Notes under the pieces: model-generated
Seen by the model: the letters and a program-made list of their open reading frames with translations, nothing else
Databases searched by the model: none
What the model was told of the DNA's origin: nothing
Shown here: in pieces, positions 25,967-33,267 of the stretch
Layout of the letters: each line of letters begins with the position of its first letter
How positions within the stretch are numbered: position 1 is the stretch's first letter
Translations under genes and position numbers: made by a program
DNA from: an uncultured Oscillospiraceae bacterium
GTDB taxonomy: Bacteria; Bacillota; Clostridia; UMGS1810
Length of the DNA stretch: 43,705 bases
Reading direction: 5' to 3'
Assembly (NCBI GenBank): GCA_964423705.1
Contig: CAYRGA010000001.1
Span: 15,788 to 59,492, forward strand

Positions 25967-26305
25967 TCAATTGTAAAGACCGCTGCCGTACAGCTTGCCG
26001 CATGCGAGATAAAGCGGAAGCTCCGTGGACATTATAACTATGTTTGCGTCCTCCGCCAATTTCAAAATTTCCTCCGCCGGCTGCTTGCCCCTTACAAAAA
26101 CGATGGCCTTCATATCCATCATTTCTGCCGTCCTGACAACCTGAGGATTTATAAGACCCGTAAGCAAAAGAGCCTGGTCCTTAACAAATGCCAGCACATC
26201 ACTCATAAGGTCACAGCCGCACGCCGCGAAAACCTCCTTGCCCATTTTGTCCTCTCCGCAAAGCACCTGCGCGGAAAGAATCCCCCTTACTTCATCAAGT
26301 TTCAT
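25967..26305 (-). CDS. Single-domain DRTGG protein (copy 1), first gene of the hydrogenase operon
   Basis: 112 aa. Motifs CGCDLMSDVLAF, ALLLTGLINPQVVRTAEMMDMKAIVFVRG, IMSTELPLYLACGKL. RBS GGGAGG. Confidence 0.7.
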   Translation of the reverse strand: MKLDEVRGILSAQVLCGEDKMGKEVFAACGCDLMSDVLAFVKDQALLLTGLINPQVVRTAEMMDMKAIVFVRGKQPAEEILKLAEDANIVIMSTELPLYLACGKLYGSGLYN

Positions 26306-26319
26306 ATTAACCTCCCTGC

Positions 26320-26350
26320 ATGTAATTACATATTTTAAATTATAATATCA
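26320..26350 (-). promoter_or_regulatory. Promoter -10 region plus a palindromic operator candidate of the hydrogenase operon
   Basis: On the minus strand: TGATATTATAAT (26350-26339), containing overlapping extended -10 TGnTATTAT and TATAAT elements. A 12-nt perfect palindrome ATGTAATTACAT at 26320-26331 lies between the -10 region and the RBS. Confidence 0.4.
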
Positions 26351-26478
26351 TAATTGCACAAAAAAGTCTATAGCAAAATCGGATTTTTATTCAATTTTAT
26401 CCTAATTTATGTGAGTTTTTTGGATAATATGCTTTTTATATTTTGCGATATACCTGTCGAAAATCCTTTTCCTGTCAC

Positions 26479-26513
26479 AAAAAAAGGACAACGGCACACT
26501 TAACCGCTGTCCT
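26479..26513 (-). terminator. Rho-independent terminator ending the long glycan-utilisation operon
   Basis: Stem GGACAGCGG / CCGTTGTCC (one mismatch; 26504-26512 / 26486-26494), followed on the minus strand by T7. Confidence 0.8.
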
Positions 26514-26551
26514 CTTGGGAATTTTTGTAAAAAAACGCTGAATTCTTAAAA

Positions 26552-27418
26552 TCAAAGCTCATTTCTCCACGGTACGGAGCTTGCGGCACCGTATCTTGAC
26601 ACAGCCACAGCCGCGGCGCATGATGCCAGTCTAAGAGCATCTTCCTGCGACGCTCCCTGCGAAATCGCATACAGGTAATATCCGGTAAAGGTATCTCCGG
26701 CTGCCGTGGTATCCTTGACATCGACAGATACGGCACTTACCTTTACAAGGTTCTCCGAATCTATATACATCGAGCCTTCCGCTCCCAAAGTCAGCACATA
26801 ACAGGCGTCATAGCAGCCCGAACTCATTCTTCTGACAGCATCCTCTGTACTGTCTGCTGAGAATATAACCTTGGCCTCATGCTCATTTAATATAAAACAG
26901 TCCACCGCATCGTACGGTATATCTAAGTTTTCGGCAGGCGAAGGATTTAAAACCACATACATTCCCTTTTCATGTGCCCTTTGGATTATGTAGCCTACAT
27001 TGCTTATCTCATTTTGCACAAGCAGCATATCACCGCTGTCAAAATTCTTTAGAACACGGTCAGCGAAGCTCGCCGTGACGGCATCGTTGGCACCACCGTA
27101 CACCATAATGCAGTTCCCGCCGTCGGCATCAAGTTGAATTATGGCATGTCCTCCGGGCAATTCGCAAGCCTCTACAAATTCGGTATTTACATTGTTTTCG
27201 TCCAGATAGCTCTTTAAATCTGCTCCGTCCGCACCGATTTTCCCGGCGTGGTAGACCAAGCCTCCCGCACGTGCGAAGGCTACGGATTGGTTAAGGCCCT
27301 TGCCGCCTATGCTTTTATTCATATCCAGAGCTTTCACAGTTTTCCCGCCGGTCACAAATTTTTCTACAGAATATGTATAGTCTGTGTTGAGTGAACCGAA
27401 ATTCAAAAGCCTCTTCAT
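26552..27418 (-). CDS. PfkB-family sugar kinase, ribokinase-like
   Basis: ATG at 27418 (MKRLLNFGSLNTDY), in an ATGA overlap with the aldolase stop. Motifs GGKGLNQSVA and TTAAGDTFTG. Confidence 0.8.
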   Translation of the reverse strand: MKRLLNFGSLNTDYTYSVEKFVTGGKTVKALDMNKSIGGKGLNQSVAFARAGGLVYHAGKIGADGADLKSYLDENNVNTEFVEACELPGGHAIIQLDADGGNCIMVYGGANDAVTASFADRVLKNFDSGDMLLVQNEISNVGYIIQRAHEKGMYVVLNPSPAENLDIPYDAVDCFILNEHEAKVIFSADSTEDAVRRMSSGCYDACYVLTLGAEGSMYIDSENLVKVSAVSVDVKDTTAAGDTFTGYYLYAISQGASQEDALRLASCAAAVAVSRYGAASSVPWRNEL

Positions 27419-28377
27419 AGTGCACCTTCTCCTTCGGTTAAAAATTTTCCGGCAAACTCCGAGCACAAATACCGCATTTGCTCCGTACACTCCTTCACGT
27501 AATCCGTAAGCTCATCGAAGCTTCTGTTTCTGGCATGGTTCACCGTGGGTATACCCTCAAGACACATGTGGTATTTTGCGGTAAGCGGATACGGCAAGCC
27601 AATCTCGGTAAAACCCACAGTTCCTATAAGCGACTGAAGCAGTTCGGCTTTCTGCGGCTCGTTTTTAAAATTGGCACAGAGCCAGACATACAGCTCCGGA
27701 TGAAAATTACACATTATACCGCAGTATCCGTCACCGCCGCTTCTCAGTGACGACAGCAAGGTCTGACAATTTGCGTTTAAAAGCTTAAATGAGCTGTCCT
27801 TGAGCAATTTACAACGGTCACTTATGGTTTTTGCATTGCAACAGGTGTCCTTCATGTAGTAAAATCTGCCGCTTTCAAGACACCAACTGAGTATCCTCGG
27901 TGTCACAAGCCTTTTGTACGGCATGGGGCACTCGTAAAGTCCAAGTTTAACCCCGCTCGGCAGAGCCTCTGTCACTTTTTCGGCATTTCTGAGCCATTCA
28001 TCATCACCATCGTTGTTCAAATCAAACCTGTTCGTTATCAAAATCAGCGCATCCGTTCCCGATTCCGCAATTTTGTTAAGCTCATAAATCTGGTCATCAA
28101 TCTTGTCTGACACATGCGCCGAGGACACGACCGTCATTTTTCTGCCGTACTCCTTTTCAAGCTCCTTTACCCTTTGCCAAACGGTCTTATTAATTTTTAC
28201 TCTTTCTTCAAGTGTAAGATAAAATATCTCACTCGACTGGCACACCGCAAAGATGCCGTCCAAGCCTTTTTTGTAATACCAGTCAACGTATTTTTTTACC
28301 GCTTCGTAATCAACACCGCCGTCGGAAAGATACGGCGTTATCATAGTAGTGAATGCTTCCGCTTTTTTCATCGTCAT
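27415..28377 (-). CDS. DHDPS / N-acetylneuraminate-lyase family class I (Schiff-base) aldolase
   Basis: TTMITPY N-terminus, GIFAVCQSSEIFYLTLEER, and the candidate catalytic Lys in YYMKDTCCN. Confidence 0.8.
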   Translation of the reverse strand: MTMKKAEAFTTMITPYLSDGGVDYEAVKKYVDWYYKKGLDGIFAVCQSSEIFYLTLEERVKINKTVWQRVKELEKEYGRKMTVVSSAHVSDKIDDQIYELNKIAESGTDALILITNRFDLNNDGDDEWLRNAEKVTEALPSGVKLGLYECPMPYKRLVTPRILSWCLESGRFYYMKDTCCNAKTISDRCKLLKDSSFKLLNANCQTLLSSLRSGGDGYCGIMCNFHPELYVWLCANFKNEPQKAELLQSLIGTVGFTEIGLPYPLTAKYHMCLEGIPTVNHARNRSFDELTDYVKECTEQMRYLCSEFAGKFLTEGEGAL

Positions 28378-29873
28378 ACTTCCTCAAAATTATAATTTGT
28401 TTCTCTGAAATCAGAAAATCTGTGAAAGGTAATCATATTTGAATCATGATAGTTTGTGCAGTCGTGTAGAGCGGTTCTGCACACCGCCAGTATGTCATTT
28501 CCGTCGAAAACCCAGTCGCAATAGTACATTCCCGCCTCGCGGCACGATTGATACCAGTTCAAATCAAGTAAATTTATACAATCCCTTTCTATGCTCCAGC
28601 TGCACAGGTCATCAGAGCTTACCAGCGAAAGTATGTTCCTTTGGCAGCACATATTTCCGGTGGCTCTGCTCACAAGCGAATAATATTTTTTCGACTTATC
28701 ATCATAATTAACGGTAAACTTTGAAAGTCCACCTATAAAATGCTGCATCCGCACAAATTCAAGCGGTGCAGAAGGGTTTCTTTTGTCCGCCTTCATTACC
28801 ACGACCTTCAAGCCGTCATCGGAAGGCTCTATAAATTCCGCTCCGTAATTCACACTGTTGTAGCGTGCTATCACGTATACCTCATCGTCAGGTCCGACTA
28901 CGGCGTTCGCCTCCTCCATCATGTACGGCCACATACCATCCACCGTGCCGCTCCATGACTTGTCATAATACAAATACGGTTCTGTGACAACCCAGTTTTT
29001 ACCGTCCGTTATATCGCAGTTAATGTCGACACTGGCGGCTGCCATGCCAAAGCCGCTCTCGGGATTTTTCGGGGTGTCAAACGCAACCCAAAGCCTACCG
29101 TCACATTCGACCACGGGAGTTGCCGCCTTGTGAAAGCCACCCGTCCTCGCACCGGTAATGCTGCACGGCTTTCCGAAGGTGTGTCCACCGTCCTCCGAGC
29201 AAAACAGCATTATGTCAAGCCCGCTCTGTTTTATGTTGCTGTCACCTCTGCGTTCCTCCAGATTAAACGGGTCGGCTAATACCGCATCATCGGTTGATGA
29301 CAGCGCAATCATGCATAGCTTGTCCTTAAACAAAAACAGCTTTCCGAAGGTGCAGCTGTGTATGTCGCTTAAAAAGCTCCATGTTTTGCCGTTATCCGAT
29401 GATTTATACAGCTTCGTCACACAGGTTTCGTATGCGGTTTTATCTCTGAAATCAACACCGAATTTGTTGGGATAGGATTCCAGAAACAAATCATGACTTA
29501 CTATAATATCGCCGTTTTTCATTTTCACAATGCTCGGACTTCCCAGATACCTTCCGGCAGGATCAAACGTACTGTCGTACGGATGAAGATATGTCACGCA
29601 CCTTCCGGGAACATAATTCGGAATCAGCACTCTGGTATTGCTCTCGGCGATAATGTTTTCGTCTTTATCATACGCACGGGCGGTGACAAAGTATTTTTTG
29701 TTGTTTTCAAGACCGCTAACCTCCGCATGTCCGCGCCGTATATCATAATTTTCTTCAACTCTTCTGTTGTTTTCATCACATATTTCAATTTTCAAAGATT
29801 CTGTTTTTATTGGGATATCTCCCACAGATATCTGCGCCCCGGCATCGTGTGGGGCAATAATTTGTATAATCAT
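28374..29873 (-). CDS. Cytoplasmic BNR/Asp-box beta-propeller glycosidase (sialidase-like) with an N-terminal beta-sandwich domain
   Basis: Asp-boxes SSDNGKTW and SEDGGHTF. No signal peptide (MIIQIIAPHDAG). RBS AAGGAG 5 nt before the ATG. Confidence 0.7.
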   Translation of the reverse strand: MIIQIIAPHDAGAQISVGDIPIKTESLKIEICDENNRRVEENYDIRRGHAEVSGLENNKKYFVTARAYDKDENIIAESNTRVLIPNYVPGRCVTYLHPYDSTFDPAGRYLGSPSIVKMKNGDIIVSHDLFLESYPNKFGVDFRDKTAYETCVTKLYKSSDNGKTWSFLSDIHSCTFGKLFLFKDKLCMIALSSTDDAVLADPFNLEERRGDSNIKQSGLDIMLFCSEDGGHTFGKPCSITGARTGGFHKAATPVVECDGRLWVAFDTPKNPESGFGMAAASVDINCDITDGKNWVVTEPYLYYDKSWSGTVDGMWPYMMEEANAVVGPDDEVYVIARYNSVNYGAEFIEPSDDGLKVVVMKADKRNPSAPLEFVRMQHFIGGLSKFTVNYDDKSKKYYSLVSRATGNMCCQRNILSLVSSDDLCSWSIERDCINLLDLNWYQSCREAGMYYCDWVFDGNDILAVCRTALHDCTNYHDSNMITFHRFSDFRETNYNFEEV

Positions 29874-29917
29874 ATGAGCTCCTTAAATATTACAGATTTG
29901 TTTTATCCCTTACAAAA

Positions 29918-30763
29918 TCAACCCTTCTCGGCACCGGCTGTGATGCCCGCCACGAAGTATTTGTTGCAGAGAAGATATACCACCAAAACCGGAATTATGG
30001 AAATAACCGTTCCCGCAAGCATCAAATGCCAGCTTGCCGCAGCACCGCCCGATGACTTCAGCGCCATAAGACCGACTATCAGCGTGCGCTGTTCGGGACG
30101 GGTAAGCGTAAATACCGTAGGCATAATGTAGTCATTCCATGAGCCTTGAAAAGCCAGAATGGTTATGGTGGCGACTGTCGGCTTTAAAAGAGGGAAAATT
30201 ATTCTTACGAATCTTCCGAAAAAGCTGCATCCGTCTATCGTCGCCGCCTCCAGCAGACTGTACGGGATACCGCTGACAAAGCTCTTTACCAAATACATAT
30301 TCACTATTGGCACGCTGAACAAATGAATAAATATCAAGCCGTACAGATTTATCGGCAAATGCAAAAGCTCAAAAATCTCAAATGTGGGATATATCGATAT
30401 TCCGCCGAGCTTTACAAACATCAGAAACGTAAAGCAACCGAATATGATTCCCTTGAATTTGAATCTGCCCACCGCAAATACATAGCCCGACATGCTTGAC
30501 ACAACTATCGTTATAAGGACATTGCACACGCAGTACACCACACTGTTTAAAAACTGCCTGCCGACCTGAAGCTCACGCGAATTCCATGCTTCGACATAGT
30601 TACCGAATCTCGGTGTTTCAGGGAAAATCTTGCCGCTTGTCAGTATCTCCATCGAAGATTTAAGAGATGAAGTAAGTGTATAAAAAAGCGGAAAAACCGT
30701 GATTATAAACACTGCGATAAGCATCAGATAAATCACTGTGGTTGATGTATGTTTTTTAACCAT
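29918..30763 (-). CDS. Carbohydrate ABC transporter permease (MalG-type)
   Basis: Six transmembrane segments and an EAA-like loop (LEAATIDGCSFFGRFVRIIFPLLKP). Confidence 0.9.
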   Translation of the reverse strand: MVKKHTSTTVIYLMLIAVFIITVFPLFYTLTSSLKSSMEILTSGKIFPETPRFGNYVEAWNSRELQVGRQFLNSVVYCVCNVLITIVVSSMSGYVFAVGRFKFKGIIFGCFTFLMFVKLGGISIYPTFEIFELLHLPINLYGLIFIHLFSVPIVNMYLVKSFVSGIPYSLLEAATIDGCSFFGRFVRIIFPLLKPTVATITILAFQGSWNDYIMPTVFTLTRPEQRTLIVGLMALKSSGGAAASWHLMLAGTVISIIPVLVVYLLCNKYFVAGITAGAEKG

Positions 30764-30778
30764 TTTTCTACCGCCTTT

Positions 30779-31717
30779 CTAATAAACCGAGTTCATTTTC
30801 TTGCTTGCCTTCTGATATATCACCGAAACTATGCCGAAAATAATCGTAGTCATAAGCGATATGGCACAGCCGTAGCCCAGGTTCGGAGTTGTTTCCTCCA
30901 TGAATCCCGGTACAAACTTCGTGGTAAGATAGCTCATTACTGTACGCGTGGAATTTGCCGGTGCTCCGCCGGTTAAAACTATGATGTACTCGTTTACACC
31001 CAAGGTTCCGAGAAGCGAAAGCAGTATGATAGTCTGGAATACCGGAGCTATCATCGGAACCGTAATGCAGAAAAACTTTCTGAGTGCCCCGGCACCGTCA
31101 ATGGATGCGGCTTCGTACAGCTCCTCGGGAACATTTGACAGAGCCGCTATAAAATACAGCACATTTATGCCGAAGGTGTTCCATACAGAGCCGTAAACAA
31201 GCATGCCCATGGCAGCTGTCTTGCTGCCGAGCCACTCCACCTTTTCCATGCCGAACCTTTGGAGCATTTCGTTTACAAAGCCGTTTGTGGAAAACAGATT
31301 TGAAAATATCAATCCCACGATGGCTACGCTGATTACATTCGGCAGATAGTATGCCGAACGGAAAAAGCCCTTCATTTTGACAGACTTATTACATATAAAG
31401 GTCGCCATTACAAGCGCAAAGAGCATCTCTATCGGCACTTTAAGACATGTAAACTGTAAAGTATTAATCCATGATTTCCAGTATGACATATCCTCGGAAA
31501 ACAGCGTCGCAAAGTTTTCCGCACCCACAAAGCGCGTTTCAGACGGTATGCCGGTGTAGTTAAAGAACGACCATTTGAAGGTCCACAATATCGGGTATAC
31601 ATTGAGCACCAAAAAGCCTAAAATTGGCAGTAAAAGCATCAGATAACAGCTTATACTCTCTTGCCGTCCGACCGTCGATTTTAATTTTAAACCTTTTCTT
31701 TTCACTTTTTCGGACAA
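30779..31717 (-). CDS. Carbohydrate ABC transporter permease (MalF-type)
   Basis: EAA loop YEAASIDGAGALRKFFCITVPMIAP. I prefer the TTG at 31717, 8 nt after AGGAGG. Starts at 31741 (TTG) or 31705 (GTG) are also possible. Confidence 0.85.
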   Translation of the reverse strand: MSEKVKRKGLKLKSTVGRQESISCYLMLLLPILGFLVLNVYPILWTFKWSFFNYTGIPSETRFVGAENFATLFSEDMSYWKSWINTLQFTCLKVPIEMLFALVMATFICNKSVKMKGFFRSAYYLPNVISVAIVGLIFSNLFSTNGFVNEMLQRFGMEKVEWLGSKTAAMGMLVYGSVWNTFGINVLYFIAALSNVPEELYEAASIDGAGALRKFFCITVPMIAPVFQTIILLSLLGTLGVNEYIIVLTGGAPANSTRTVMSYLTTKFVPGFMEETTPNLGYGCAISLMTTIIFGIVSVIYQKASKKMNSVY

Positions 31718-31744
31718 AGCCTCCAACCTCCTCAATACCAATGC

Positions 31745-33127
31745 TTATCTCTTGATGTTCCAATCGGGATTTTTGTATATTTCGGGACTTTCATCGGGAT
31801 TATTCTTGTAGTAAAGCTTCTGAGCCTCGTACAAATCCGCCACATATTCGTCCGCTACCTGCTGAGGTGTCTTTTTACCTGTCCAGCAGTATTCGAGGAA
31901 TCTGTCTCCTATCGGTACCAGATTTGCTGTTTCCGTCTTAGGTTCGTGGTTGTACATATGACTTACTTCCAGCATTTTTGCAAATTCAGCCCAGCCCTTC
32001 GGAGCATCGCTGTCAAGCTTAACATCCTTTATCATATCGTAGTCGAGCGGGAAGGAGCAGCCCTTTTTATAAAGGTCGATGACATATTCGTCACTGAGCA
32101 GAAATTCAAACGCCGCTGCTACAGCTTCACCTTTGGATTCAACTGACTTTTTATTTATGTACGGAGATGTGCCGTAGGTCATTCTCTGGTAATAGCAGTT
32201 GTCACCGTCAAGCACCGGAAGAGGAGCTACACCCCAATCACATTTTGCAGGGAATTGATTGTTCAGCACACCTACGTCAAACGAATAGGCAATTTTCATT
32301 CCTATCTTACCCTCTGCAAACAATGCTCTTGCTGTGTCATTATCAAGTCCTTCGATATCGGGATATACACTTCCGTCCTTATAGATATCCAGGACGTACT
32401 GCATGATGTCGGCATACGCGCTGTAATCATACTCACCCGTTGTGGGGTCATAGCCGGTGTGACCTGCACTGGACTGTACGACTGTCGTTATATCGCCGCC
32501 GTACCAGCCTGTCCATTTCATGGGATATACCACACCGTAGGTACCTTTTTTCTTATCGGTAAGCTTTTTAGCATATTCTCGGTAATCATCAAAGGTCACC
32601 GGCGGCTTTGCTTCGCCGTTTTCATCCACTATTCCGGCTTCCTTGAACATGTCTTTGTTGTAAATAAGTCCTCTCAAATTTGTACCGTACGGAAGGGTAT
32701 ATGTTTTGCCGTCAACGCGATTGTTCTCATCGTCTATCACATCGGAAAATTTTTCTATGAGCTTATCGCCGCCCGGCAAATCGTCAACAGCCGCTATGTA
32801 GCCATTTTCCGCGAAGCTCTTCATAGAACCCGAATAAAATAAATCCGGCGCATTTCCTGCCTTTAACGCAATTTCGATATTCTGTGAAAGTGTATCGCCG
32901 CCCTTCAGCTGATAGTCAATGTACACTCCCTTTTCCTTGCCGACAGTGTCATTCCAGTTTCCTATAAGCTCACTGCATACGTCGAAATCCGATGAGCCGC
33001 CTGTCCATACACTGACTGTAACTACATCCTTGTTGTCGGCTTTTTTATTTCCGCATCCCGAAAATGAGCCGACAGCCATTACCGCACAAAGTGCCAATCC
33101 TGCAATTTTTTTGATTTTCATATTCAT
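31745..33127 (-). CDS. Extracellular sugar-binding lipoprotein of the ABC importer
   Basis: Lipoprotein signal with lipobox (AVMAVGSFSGC-GNKK). Family-1 solute-binding-protein length and composition. RBS AAGGAGAG. Confidence 0.9.
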   Translation of the reverse strand: MNMKIKKIAGLALCAVMAVGSFSGCGNKKADNKDVVTVSVWTGGSSDFDVCSELIGNWNDTVGKEKGVYIDYQLKGGDTLSQNIEIALKAGNAPDLFYSGSMKSFAENGYIAAVDDLPGGDKLIEKFSDVIDDENNRVDGKTYTLPYGTNLRGLIYNKDMFKEAGIVDENGEAKPPVTFDDYREYAKKLTDKKKGTYGVVYPMKWTGWYGGDITTVVQSSAGHTGYDPTTGEYDYSAYADIMQYVLDIYKDGSVYPDIEGLDNDTARALFAEGKIGMKIAYSFDVGVLNNQFPAKCDWGVAPLPVLDGDNCYYQRMTYGTSPYINKKSVESKGEAVAAAFEFLLSDEYVIDLYKKGCSFPLDYDMIKDVKLDSDAPKGWAEFAKMLEVSHMYNHEPKTETANLVPIGDRFLEYCWTGKKTPQQVADEYVADLYEAQKLYYKNNPDESPEIYKNPDWNIKR

Positions 33128-33267
33128 TTCTCTCCTTTATTTTTTATAGGAGCAACGCTCCCGTTTTGCACTCAAAACAGAGTTTATAACAATCCGCATC
33201 CTGCTGCCGAGTTTTTATTTCCGACGTGAACCTCTGCACCGCTAAGTTTTACCGCAACAGAAGCAAA

